Source: Candidatus Latescibacterota bacterium
GTDB lineage: Bacteria; Latescibacterota; UBA2968
Direction: 5' to 3'
DNA length: 64,000 bases
NCBI GenBank assembly: GCA_965208125.1
Contig: OZ242320.1
Span: 5,312,001 to 5,376,000, forward strand
The translations under genes and the position numbers were made by a program. The notes below the pieces were generated by a model. The model was not told the origin of the DNA. It saw nothing but the letters and a program-made list of their open reading frames with translations, and did no database searches. Shown piece after piece: positions 1 through 8,922 of the stretch (positions within the stretch are counted from its first letter, which is position 1; each line of letters starts with the position of its first letter).

Positions 1-543
1 GTACCCCCTGGAGGGGGATTGATCAACATGACGCAATCTCTGGGCTTTGACGACCAGAAGCGCGCCGTGATCAGCTATCACAAACACGACGAAAATGGAT
101 ACACACAAGCCTATTGTGCGCGTTTGGAAAATGGCGAGTGGATATTTTACAAGGTGAGCAATTGGACCTATCGATGGGAATTTGGGGGCGGCGGCTCTAT
201 CGGTGCAGAAATACGATTGGGCGGTATCCAGGCAGAGGCCGATGGGAATCTCAGCCTGCATTACTGGCATGTAAAAGAAGGCCAGGAAATCTGGAAATTG
301 CACCCCAAAACCCTGCAAGTTATCGGGACATACCCACCACCCGATAACGAGATCCCCAGTGAATTGGAACGAGTAACGTCTGATTATCCGGGCATGACTG
401 TCAACCTGCGCGGTGCTCGCGGCAAAGGAACACGCCCCAATGAGCAATACGTCTTGCGTTGGGAAACACTGGACCGCAACCGCGACAGACCCAGAGAAAA
501 AATCCCACCGCCGAGTGAATTGAGACTCTATATCCTTCGTTAA
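1..543 (+). CDS. BNR repeat-containing (BNR_4-type beta-propeller) protein, C-terminal part; 5' end lies outside the window
   Basis: Frame open from base 1 (VPPGGGLINMTQSLGFD...); motifs 'ISYHKHDENGYTQAY.AR.E.G.W' and 'W.YRW.F.GGGS' resemble BNR_4 family C-termini. Confidence 0.65.
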   Translation, partial: VPPGGGLINMTQSLGFDDQKRAVISYHKHDENGYTQAYCARLENGEWIFYKVSNWTYRWEFGGGGSIGAEIRLGGIQAEADGNLSLHYWHVKEGQEIWKLHPKTLQVIGTYPPPDNEIPSELERVTSDYPGMTVNLRGARGKGTRPNEQYVLRWETLDRNRDRPREKIPPPSELRLYILR

Positions 544-554
544 AAATAAAAAAT

Positions 555-582
555 GCCCTCCGATAATCACCGGGGGGCTTTT
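555..582. terminator. Probable bidirectional intrinsic terminator between convergent genes
   Basis: GCCCTCCG-ataatcac-CGGGGGGC stem (one G-U pair) with A-run upstream and TTTT downstream. Confidence 0.6.
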
Positions 583-594
583 GAGTTGCGCTCG

Positions 595-1848
595 TTAGGC
601 GCCAAGTGCCCAACCCACAGGCAGTGCCACAATGCCATCGCCCAGATCGTGAATGCGGGGGTCGTTAGAGAGCACCAGTCCCTGCAGAATGGGCTTGTCT
701 AAAATTTCGTCGAGTTTGCGCAAATGGCGGGCATCTGTGAAAGCAACGCGTTCCGCCATTTTTATTTCGATAGGCACAAAGCCCTGCTCGGTTTCGAGTA
801 GCAAATCGACTTCGCGTCCATCTGCCGTGCGCAGATGGTAACAATCAATGGGCAACCGGCTATTTTGAATTTGTTTGTAAATTTCGGCAATAATAGCACT
901 TTCAAATTCATGGCCTGTGGGTTGGCCACGTCGATTGAGCAACGCACGCTGGATGCCGGGATCGAGAAAATGAACTTTTGGTGCTTTGGACAGGCGTTTA
1001 TTCAGGTTGCGAAACCACGGTTGTAACAAAATGACCTGGTAGCTTATTTCGAGATATGAGATGAAGCGTTTGACGGTTTTAGATGTAACGCCGGCAAGTT
1101 GTGCCAATTCATTCATGTTGAGCAACACGCCAGTTAGCCCTGCCAATGCACGCTGCATGCGAGCAAAAGGAGTCAGATCGCGCAGATTGGCGAGATCGCG
1201 CAAGTCGCGCTGAAGATAGGTTTGAATGTAGTCGTGCAACCAATCGTATTTATCAGGGATGGTGAGCAGGGGATCAACGACGGCTGGCATAGCACCAAAA
1301 TTCAGATAATGTGCCATGTGATGTGCTACCCGTGCGTAGCGTTCGCTTTGGAGTGGCATACCCGAATACAAAATATCGCGTTCACCTGTTTTTAGGAAAT
1401 GGATGAATCTGGAATCCACAATAGTGTCATCCCAGGAATCTGTCAGCATTTCCGGCAATGTGAGAGGGTAAAGCTCAATAAGGGAGATACGCCCGGCTAA
1501 ACTTTCACGGATCTGTTCCATTAACAGGATTTGGCTGGAACCGAGCAAGATACTGCGAGCATCGAGATACTGATCGTAAACGGCTTTGATAGACTCTATG
1601 ATCGCAGGTGCTTTTTGCACTTCGTCCAGAATGACATTTGGATACTGTTGATACCACTGTGCAGCCGAAAGCACAGTGAAATCTGGGCGCGTGATCGGAT
1701 CATCGAGGGAAATGTATGAATAATCGGAAAATCCCGTTTGTACCAGTGTGGTCTTGCCCGTTTGTCGCGCACCTGTCAAAGCAATGAGACGCCCCAATCT
1801 GGAAGCGGATCTTTGTTTGATAAGTGATAGGATGGTTCTATTTTTCAC
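595..1848 (-). CDS. AAA_14 ATPase with C-terminal DUF4143 (PD-(D/E)xK-like) domain
   Basis: Walker A GARQTGKTT, Walker B ILDEVQK, 'LLGSS', 'ESLAGR', 'K.PKVHFLDPG', C-terminal 'EVDLLL...PIEIK'; GTG start with AGAGGTGA RBS. Confidence 0.9.
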   Translation of the reverse strand: MKNRTILSLIKQRSASRLGRLIALTGARQTGKTTLVQTGFSDYSYISLDDPITRPDFTVLSAAQWYQQYPNVILDEVQKAPAIIESIKAVYDQYLDARSILLGSSQILLMEQIRESLAGRISLIELYPLTLPEMLTDSWDDTIVDSRFIHFLKTGERDILYSGMPLQSERYARVAHHMAHYLNFGAMPAVVDPLLTIPDKYDWLHDYIQTYLQRDLRDLANLRDLTPFARMQRALAGLTGVLLNMNELAQLAGVTSKTVKRFISYLEISYQVILLQPWFRNLNKRLSKAPKVHFLDPGIQRALLNRRGQPTGHEFESAIIAEIYKQIQNSRLPIDCYHLRTADGREVDLLLETEQGFVPIEIKMAERVAFTDARHLRKLDEILDKPILQGLVLSNDPRIHDLGDGIVALPVGWALGA

Positions 1849-1859
1849 TTTATCACCTC

Positions 1860-1933
1860 TTTTGGCGTAAATTTTGGACTTCTATTCCACAATTTACGCT
1901 AAAATTTGGAATAAACAACTATAATTTACGCCA
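1860..1933. promoter_or_regulatory. 19-bp imperfect inverted repeat plus third half-site in divergent promoter region
   Basis: TTTTGGCGTAAATTTTGGA (1860-1878) / TCCACAATTTACGCTAAAA (1886-1904), 2 mismatches; AATTTACGCCA again at 1923-1933. Confidence 0.55.
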
Positions 1934-2045
1934 TAATGTCCAAATAGATGTGATTTGCAGGGGGGATTTTTTGTTTGGAGATGAGGTTTCATAACTTATT
2001 TTTTACATATATACGTTTTGTGAGTACTTCAAAAAAGGAGACAAC

Positions 2046-2996
2046 ATGAGTTCTGATACATTTCGCGGGGTATTTACCATACCCTCAACGCCGTTTAAGC
2101 AAAATGGAGATGTCGATTGGGGCGATCTCAAGCGCGTGCTGGATTTTTGTATCACCTGCGGCGCGCACGGAATTGTCTGGCCCGTAAATGCCAGTAGTTT
2201 TCCCGTATTGACCGACCAGGAACGCCTGCACGGGATGCAGATGGTCGTAGAACACACAGCCGGGCGCGTTCCAGTAATTCTCGGCGTTCAGGGGGCAAGT
2301 GGTCATCACGCGGCGATGTTCGCACGTCACGCGCAGGCATTGGAAGCCGATGGCGTCATCGCAATGGCTCCTTATATAGAGCCAATCGAAGACGAAGATG
2401 CGATGGTCCGCTATTATCAGGGAATAGACCGCGAAGTGGATATGCCAATTTTTATACAAAATCACACGCGGGGTAGCGAGTTATCAATCAATACAGTCGT
2501 GCGCTTAATCAACGAAGTAGAACACATAGAATACGTCAAAGAAGAGGTCTTCCCCCCAACGCACATGATTACGGGCTTAATCGAACAGGCCGGCCCAAAA
2601 TTGAAGGGCGTATTTGGCGGAGCCAGTGGACGCTATTTATTGCTCGAACACCCGCGCGGCGTAGCCGGACAAATGCCCGGCTGTCACATAACAGATGTCG
2701 TAGTGCGCCTGTGGAATGCATTAGAAGCGGGAGATTTGAAAGAGGCAAAACGGGTATATGGCATCATGGCACCATTGTTCGCGCTCGAGACAATAAAAGG
2801 CACAAATTATCCCGAAATACTGCGCCGACGCCAGGTCATCAAAAGTTCGCACAGCCGTTTGACAACCCGCTTTCCAACTCAAGATGCGTACGATCACGAA
2901 GCCCTTGACGATATATTGCGGGACCTGGAACCGCTATTTACCTGGAACGAAAAGCCACTGCTATACGGCCCACCCGAATGGCTTAAAGATCAATAA
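2046..2996 (+). CDS. Dihydrodipicolinate synthase/NAL-family lyase, resembling the 2-keto-3-deoxy sugar-acid dehydratase/aldolase subgroup
   Basis: 'GVF.IPSTPF...G.VD', 'GRVPVILGV', Schiff-base Lys in 'YVKEE'; 'VNASSF' and 'IFIQN' replace DapA GTTGE and YN; AGGAG RBS. Confidence 0.85.
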   Translation: MSSDTFRGVFTIPSTPFKQNGDVDWGDLKRVLDFCITCGAHGIVWPVNASSFPVLTDQERLHGMQMVVEHTAGRVPVILGVQGASGHHAAMFARHAQALEADGVIAMAPYIEPIEDEDAMVRYYQGIDREVDMPIFIQNHTRGSELSINTVVRLINEVEHIEYVKEEVFPPTHMITGLIEQAGPKLKGVFGGASGRYLLLEHPRGVAGQMPGCHITDVVVRLWNALEAGDLKEAKRVYGIMAPLFALETIKGTNYPEILRRRQVIKSSHSRLTTRFPTQDAYDHEALDDILRDLEPLFTWNEKPLLYGPPEWLKDQ

Positions 2997-3007
2997 AGGA
3001 GCAAAAA

Positions 3008-4357
3008 ATGTCGAACCCCCATCCCAATATCCTCTGGCTTTTTCTCGAAGATGTGAACCCGTGGATGAGTTGTTACGGCGACCAGACCGTACAAACGCCG
3101 AATATAGACGCGCTCGCTGCATCGGGTGTGCGATTTGATCGGGCGTATCAAACCTCTGGCGTATGCTCGCCTTCTCGCTCGGCGACGATTACGGGAATGT
3201 ATCAAACCACCATAGGCGCGCACAACCACAACAGTTCATACCCCCTTTTACCCGAAGGGATAAAGACAATACCCGAGTATTTTCGAGACGCCGGATATTA
3301 CACATTTAATGAGGGCAAAACGCATTACAATTTTGTCTTCGAGTTAGATGTTTTATTTAATCACCATGGGAGCATGGATTTCAAAGGGGCAGAAAACGGA
3401 AGCGACTGGTCCGGATGTCCCCAGAGCCAACCCTTCTTCGGACAAATCCAGCTTCGAGGCGGCAAAAGCATCGGCCTGCTCAAAGGACCGGGCATTGATC
3501 CCGCCTCGGTACCCGTGCCATCGTTCTATCCCGATCACGAAATCATCCGCAGAGAAATTGCCCTGCACTACGATTGTATCTCGCATACAGACCGACAGGT
3601 GGGATGGATTCTGGAACGATTAGAAGAAGATGGATTGCGCGAAAATACGATTATATTTTTATTTAGCGATCACGGGATGCGGTTGCCGCGGCACAAGCAA
3701 TTTATTTACGAAGGCGGCCACAAAGTTCCATTGATGATTTCCTGGCAGGGCAATACAGATATCGTAAAACCCGGAAGTGTGCGCTCCGACCTCGTCAGCG
3801 GCATTGACATCGGTCCCACTTCTCTCGCGCTTGCTGGTCTTGATGTGCCCGATTACATGGAAGGTCAAAATCTGTTTGGCGAACACTTTGTCGAACGGGA
3901 CTACGTAATTGCGGCAAAAGACCGCTGTGATTTCACAATAGATCGCATGCGCACGGTGCGCACCCAGCGGTATCGCTACGTGCGGAACTTTATGACAGAT
4001 CGCCCTTTTATGCAGGCGCAGTACCGCGATGGATCGGATTATATGGAACTGATGCGGACCATGCACGCCAACGGTGAACTAACGCCCGAGCAGGCATTTT
4101 TCTGGGCAGAGGAACGCATCGCAGAAGAGTTTTACGATTGTGACGCCGATCCCGAAGAGGTGAACAACCTCGTAGATGATCCAGACCATGCCGAAGCCTT
4201 GCAACACCACCGCGATATTCTGACACAGTGGATTGCCCAGACCGATGACAAAGGCCAATATCCCGAATCCGCAATCGGCTTGCGATGGGTGCTGAAGAAG
4301 TGGGGAGATAAATGTGTAAACCCTGAATATGATCCCATAAAAAAGGAGACACAATGA
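3008..4357 (+). CDS. Formylglycine-dependent sulfatase (no signal peptide)
   Basis: 'PNILW', CSPSR signature followed by 'ITGMY', 'GKTHY', 'SDHG', 'HKQFIYEGG'. Confidence 0.93.
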   Translation: MSNPHPNILWLFLEDVNPWMSCYGDQTVQTPNIDALAASGVRFDRAYQTSGVCSPSRSATITGMYQTTIGAHNHNSSYPLLPEGIKTIPEYFRDAGYYTFNEGKTHYNFVFELDVLFNHHGSMDFKGAENGSDWSGCPQSQPFFGQIQLRGGKSIGLLKGPGIDPASVPVPSFYPDHEIIRREIALHYDCISHTDRQVGWILERLEEDGLRENTIIFLFSDHGMRLPRHKQFIYEGGHKVPLMISWQGNTDIVKPGSVRSDLVSGIDIGPTSLALAGLDVPDYMEGQNLFGEHFVERDYVIAAKDRCDFTIDRMRTVRTQRYRYVRNFMTDRPFMQAQYRDGSDYMELMRTMHANGELTPEQAFFWAEERIAEEFYDCDADPEEVNNLVDDPDHAEALQHHRDILTQWIAQTDDKGQYPESAIGLRWVLKKWGDKCVNPEYDPIKKETQ

Positions 4358-6057
4358 CCAGACCAAACATTCTCGTAATCTTGACCGACGATCAGGGTTG
4401 GGGTGATTTGAGTGTACACGGCAACACAAATCTCAACACGCCAAATGTGGATTCACTCGCACGAGATGGCGCCCTATTCGACCGATTTTACGTCTGCCCG
4501 GTATGCGCGCCCACGCGGGCAGAGTTTTTGACGGGACGCTATCATCTGCGCGGCGGAGTCCACGGCGTAAGCACGGGCGCCGAGCGACTAAACCTCGATG
4601 AGACCACCATTGCCGACGTGTTCAAAGCCGCCGGATACGCTACGGGTGCCTATGGCAAGTGGCACAATGGCACGCAACACCCCTATCACCCGAACGCACG
4701 GGGATTTGACGAGTTTTTTGGGTTCTGCTCCGGACACTGGGGACAATATTTCGATGCCGAACTCGAGCACAACGGCGAACTCACGCGCGGAACGGGATAC
4801 TTGCCCGATGAGTGTACAGACCGCGCAATGGATTTTATGACAGCAAATGTCGAACGCGATCAACCCTTCTTCTGTTATCTCCCCTATAATATCCCACACA
4901 CCCCATTTCAAGTGCCCGACGAGTTTTACGATCCATTCCGCGACAAACCGATTGAGATGCGGGCGACCAATTCCGACCAGGAAGAAATAGTGCGCACGCG
5001 GGCGGCACTGGCTCTATGTGAAAATATCGATTGGAATGTGGGACGCTTACTGGACAAACTCGACGATTTGGGAATCGCGGAAGACACCATTGTATTTTAT
5101 TTCGGAGACAATGGGCCCAATGGCGCACGATGGAATGGCGGGATGAAAGGCACAAAAGGATCAACAGATGAAGGCGGCGTACGCGTGGCGGGCTTGATGC
5201 GCTGGAAGGGGCATATTCAAGCTGGTACAGTTATTGAAGAAATCGCCGGAGCGATTGATCTATTGCCCACATTTGCCGACCTTGCGGGTATCGACCTGAA
5301 AGTCGAAAAACCCCTGGATGGTCGCAGCCTCAAACCCCTGCTATTGGGTGAAGATGTCGAATGGTCTGACCGCATCATCCTATCACACCAGCGGGCACAA
5401 TTGAGCGCACGCAATCAGCGATTCCGATTGGACATAGAAGGCAAGTTATACGATATGGTCGCCGACGGTGGACAGACAACAGACGTGTCCGAAGAATATC
5501 CCGATGTTCACGCAGAATTGTCAGATGCAGTAGCAAAATATCACGCCGAAGTCTTGCCCGTCAACGACGACCGCCCCTTTGCCACGGGCTACTGGAAAAC
5601 GACCCGCTTGCCCGCGCGAGACGGCGTGCATCACGGCACAGTCCAGCGCAGTGCTGGTGCGCCCAACTGTTCTTATTTCACGCACTGGACTCAGGTGGGT
5701 GATCGGATGACCTGGGATATCGAAGTCGGCACAACGGGCGACTATGAAGCGGCGGTTTATTATACATGCCCGGAAGAAGATATAGGATCAACCGTCGAAC
5801 TGGCATTTCACCCCGCGCACGGTCAGACGACAAAAGTGCAAGGACAGGTAACCGACGCACACGACCCACCACAAATCGGCGCAGCAGATGACCGCTATCC
5901 CCGCGGCGGCGAGTCCTATGTGAAAGATTTCGAGCCATTGACATTGGGAACACTCCATCTAAGCGCGGGCAGAGGCACATTGACCTTGCGCGCCCTCGAC
6001 GTACTCCATTCCCAGGTGATGGACGTGCGACGCGTGATGCTGACATTGAAGGAATAG
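4354..6057 (+). CDS. Arylsulfatase-family sulfatase with C-terminal beta-sandwich extension
   Basis: '[16 protein letters not shown]', CAPTR signature, 'LTGRY', 'GKWHNG', 'GDNG', '[11 protein letters not shown]'; ATGA overlap with upstream sulfatase. Confidence 0.93.
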   Translation: MTRPNILVILTDDQGWGDLSVHGNTNLNTPNVDSLARDGALFDRFYVCPVCAPTRAEFLTGRYHLRGGVHGVSTGAERLNLDETTIADVFKAAGYATGAYGKWHNGTQHPYHPNARGFDEFFGFCSGHWGQYFDAELEHNGELTRGTGYLPDECTDRAMDFMTANVERDQPFFCYLPYNIPHTPFQVPDEFYDPFRDKPIEMRATNSDQEEIVRTRAALALCENIDWNVGRLLDKLDDLGIAEDTIVFYFGDNGPNGARWNGGMKGTKGSTDEGGVRVAGLMRWKGHIQAGTVIEEIAGAIDLLPTFADLAGIDLKVEKPLDGRSLKPLLLGEDVEWSDRIILSHQRAQLSARNQRFRLDIEGKLYDMVADGGQTTDVSEEYPDVHAELSDAVAKYHAEVLPVNDDRPFATGYWKTTRLPARDGVHHGTVQRSAGAPNCSYFTHWTQVGDRMTWDIEVGTTGDYEAAVYYTCPEEDIGSTVELAFHPAHGQTTKVQGQVTDAHDPPQIGAADDRYPRGGESYVKDFEPLTLGTLHLSAGRGTLTLRALDVLHSQVMDVRRVMLTLKE

Positions 6058-6095
6058 TGAACGAGGTAGACGCGATTAAAAACGGAACTTTACAA

Positions 6096-6134
6096 TTTAC
6101 TCAAGACATTGAGTAAAATTACTCAAGACACTTG
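6096..6134. promoter_or_regulatory. Operator-like palindrome with tandem half-site upstream of PhyH/SDR/sugar-ABC operon
   Basis: Perfect TTTACTCAA-gaca-TTGAGTAAA (6096-6117), then TTACTCAAGACA repeated at 6119-6130. Confidence 0.6.
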
Positions 6135-6177
6135 GAAGGGAACTTATCAGAGGCCACGTTAACAAGGAAATCCAAAA

Positions 6178-7053
6178 ATGACCACCCCAAATTGGAATAT
6201 CCTCCCTAAAGAAACCATTCGGGAATTCGATGAAAAAGGCTGTCTGATTGTGCGCCGGGCACTCGATCAAAAAACGGTCGCACACTTGCTCGAAACATGT
6301 GACCGACTCATTGATAGCGACCTAAAAACAAACCGACAAACGCGCGAAAATGGATATTACGATGGCTTTCGCAACTGCATCGCCTTAGACGACGCCTTTC
6401 TACCCCTTCTCACACATCCCAAAATCTTCCCCATGGTCGTGCAATTCCTCGGCGCTTATCTTCACCTCACCACCTCACACCTGATTTACAAACACCCCGA
6501 CCCGCCTGGCACACCCGCTTTTGCCCGAGCACCAAACTGGCATCGCGATTACGGTCGCCTCAACAACGACCTCCAGAACGCGGCTCCCCGGGGCATGCTC
6601 AAATGCGCTTATTATCTTACAGACCTCACCGAATCCAATGCTGGCGCCACACTCGTCGTACCCGGAAGCAATCTATTGCGAGAACCTCTCGACATTCCCC
6701 CAAATGGCGATCCAGAAGGCGCATTCGAACCGCATTTCGAACCCGGAGACTGTCTCATCTTTGAAAATCGAACCTATCACGCTGGCGGTGTCAACCTCTC
6801 CGACCAGACCCGCAAAGTCATCATGTTCGGTTATGGCTACAGATGGCTTGCGCCCATAGATTACCGCGTCCAGCCCCAATCGCTATTGGACAAACTCGAT
6901 CCACTGGGCCAGTACCTCCTTGGCGAAACACTGGTCAAAACAGAAGAATATCAAACCAGCGGCGGTGAAACCCCGCTCAAACCCTGGTGCGAGCAAAATA
7001 ACCTGCCCCTCGTCAGACCACCAGTATGGCAAGAGGATCTGGCTCTTGCCTGA
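6178..7053 (+). CDS. Phytanoyl-CoA dioxygenase (PhyH) family Fe(II)/2-oxoglutarate dioxygenase
   Basis: 'F.EKGCLIVR.AL', HxD in 'WHRD', 'GAT.VVPGS', 'PGD.LIF..RTYHAGG.N.S...R'. Confidence 0.9.
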   Translation: MTTPNWNILPKETIREFDEKGCLIVRRALDQKTVAHLLETCDRLIDSDLKTNRQTRENGYYDGFRNCIALDDAFLPLLTHPKIFPMVVQFLGAYLHLTTSHLIYKHPDPPGTPAFARAPNWHRDYGRLNNDLQNAAPRGMLKCAYYLTDLTESNAGATLVVPGSNLLREPLDIPPNGDPEGAFEPHFEPGDCLIFENRTYHAGGVNLSDQTRKVIMFGYGYRWLAPIDYRVQPQSLLDKLDPLGQYLLGETLVKTEEYQTSGGETPLKPWCEQNNLPLVRPPVWQEDLALA

Positions 7054-7082
7054 TTCGATCACAATAAAAAAGAAGGTTATTA

Positions 7083-7934
7083 ATGGGACTACTCGAAGGA
7101 AAAGTAGCGATCATCACGGGTAGCGCGAGCGGCATAGGTCGCGCAACTGCTCGCCTCTTTGTCGAAGAAGGCGCGCAAGTTGTCATCGCAGACATCCAGG
7201 AAGATAAAGGCCAGACTGTTGCAGAAGAACTCGGTCCCAACGCCATCTTCCAGCACACCAATGTGAGACGGGAACCCGATATCAAAGCCATGATCGGCCT
7301 CGCGGTCTCACACTTTGGACACCTGGATTGCCTCTTTAACAACGCCGGATACGGCGGTGTAGCGGGACCTGTTGAAGAAACATCCATGCGGGGGTTTGAC
7401 AAAACCGTAAGCATTCTCCTGCGCGGCGTCTTCATGGGCATCAAACACGCGGCGCCCGTGATGAAAAAACAGGGATCGGGCAGCATCATCAGCACGGGTT
7501 CCGTCGCCGGCCTTCGCACGGGCTATGCGCCGCATGTGTACAGCGCGTGTAAAGCCGCCGTCATACACCTCACCCGCACAACGGCAATGGAATTGGGACC
7601 TCACAACATCCGCGTCAACTGTATATGCCCGGGCGGCATTGCCACCCCCATATTTGCCCCGGCATTGGACCTCGCGCCCGAAGAATCCGACAAAGCATAT
7701 CAACTCATGACCGAAAAACTCGCTGGCGGACAGCCCATCCATCGCGCGGGTCAACCCGAAGACATCGCACACGCAGCCCTCTATCTCGCCAGTGATCACG
7801 CCTCATTTGTCAACGGCCACGCCCTCGTCGTCGATGGTGGTCTCATCGGCGGCCAAAAATGGGACAGATCCTGGATCGCCCGAGAGGGGCTTACTTCTGA
7901 TGAGGATATACGTGAAGGAGGTAAAAAGGAATGA
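7083..7934 (+). CDS. Short-chain dehydrogenase/reductase
   Basis: TGSASGIG, NNAG, catalytic YSACK, 'IRVNCICPG', 'VDGG'. Confidence 0.95.
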   Translation: MGLLEGKVAIITGSASGIGRATARLFVEEGAQVVIADIQEDKGQTVAEELGPNAIFQHTNVRREPDIKAMIGLAVSHFGHLDCLFNNAGYGGVAGPVEETSMRGFDKTVSILLRGVFMGIKHAAPVMKKQGSGSIISTGSVAGLRTGYAPHVYSACKAAVIHLTRTTAMELGPHNIRVNCICPGGIATPIFAPALDLAPEESDKAYQLMTEKLAGGQPIHRAGQPEDIAHAALYLASDHASFVNGHALVVDGGLIGGQKWDRSWIAREGLTSDEDIREGGKKE

Positions 7935-8911
7935 ACCGCATCTTAATCTCATTGGCCCTCATGCTCTTCATCGCTTGTGGCAGTGAACAAACCGGACCGG
8001 CAAAAACGACCATTGCCGTCATACCCAAAGGCACAACCCACGAGTTCTGGAAATCGATTCACGCAGGTGCTGTCAAAGCACAACGCGAGTTAGACATAGA
8101 AATAATATGGAAAGGCCCGCTCAAAGAAGACGACCGCGAAGACCAGATCGCACTGGTAGAAAACTTCATCTCTCGCGGCGTTTCGGGCATTGTGCTCGCG
8201 CCCCTCGACGACACTGCCCTTCGCGTACCCGTCGCCAATGCCGTGCGCAGCGGCATCCCGGTCGTCATTATCGACTCGGGCCTTCAAAGCGATGACTTTG
8301 TCTCCTTTGTCGCCACCGACAATTATCGCGGAGGACGCCTCGCAGGTGCCGACATGGCCCAACGCCTGAACCAAAAGGGCAAAGTCATCATGCTGCGCTA
8401 TCAGGAAGGCTCGGCCAGCACCATGAAACGCGAACAGGGATTCCTCGACGCAATTGGCGAGCATTCAGACATCGAGATCACCTCATCAAATCAACACGGC
8501 GGTGCCACCACCGAAAGCGCGTATCAGGCCAGCGAAAACTTGCTCGCTCCTTTGAAGGATGCAGGTGGCAAACTCACCATCCAGGGCATCTTCTGCCCCA
8601 ACGAATCCACCACATTTGGCATGCTGCGCGCCCTGCAAGACGCGGGCCTCGCTGGCAGTGTCATATTTATCGGCTTTGACAGCTCAGAAAAACTCGTCGA
8701 AGCCCTCGAAAACGACCAGATCCACGGCCTTGTACTGCAAAATCCCTTTAGAATGGGCTACCTCGGGGTCAAAACCATGGTCGCACATCTCAAAAATCAA
8801 CCCGTTGAAAAGCGCATCGACACCGGTGTAGCCCTCGTCACCAAAGACAACATGAACGACCCAGACATCAAAGATGTATTGACGCCAGACCTGGATAAAT
8901 GGCTTAAGTAA
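7931..8911 (+). CDS. Sugar ABC transporter substrate-binding lipoprotein (RbsB-like)
   Basis: Lipobox 'FIAC', 'IAVIPKGTTHEFW', 'GIPVVIIDS', 'VATDN..GG', 'PNES', 'GFD', 'QNPF.MGY'. Confidence 0.92.
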   Translation: MNRILISLALMLFIACGSEQTGPAKTTIAVIPKGTTHEFWKSIHAGAVKAQRELDIEIIWKGPLKEDDREDQIALVENFISRGVSGIVLAPLDDTALRVPVANAVRSGIPVVIIDSGLQSDDFVSFVATDNYRGGRLAGADMAQRLNQKGKVIMLRYQEGSASTMKREQGFLDAIGEHSDIEITSSNQHGGATTESAYQASENLLAPLKDAGGKLTIQGIFCPNESTTFGMLRALQDAGLAGSVIFIGFDSSEKLVEALENDQIHGLVLQNPFRMGYLGVKTMVAHLKNQPVEKRIDTGVALVTKDNMNDPDIKDVLTPDLDKWLK

Positions 8912-8922
8912 ATGGAATCAAA

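Noticed and set aside
1925-1952. dif-like site (TTACGCCATAA-TGTCCA resembles a XerC arm plus spacer)
   Set aside because: Right arm does not resemble TTATGTTAAAT; better explained as part of the AATTTACGC repeat
2046-2996. dapA
   Set aside because: Lacks GTTGE and the catalytic Tyr context; catabolic neighbourhood
6092-6120. dif site or canonical HAIR element at the palindrome
   Set aside because: Dyad spacer is 4 bp rather than 6 for dif; HAIR spacing is 6 rather than 7 and no chaperone genes follow
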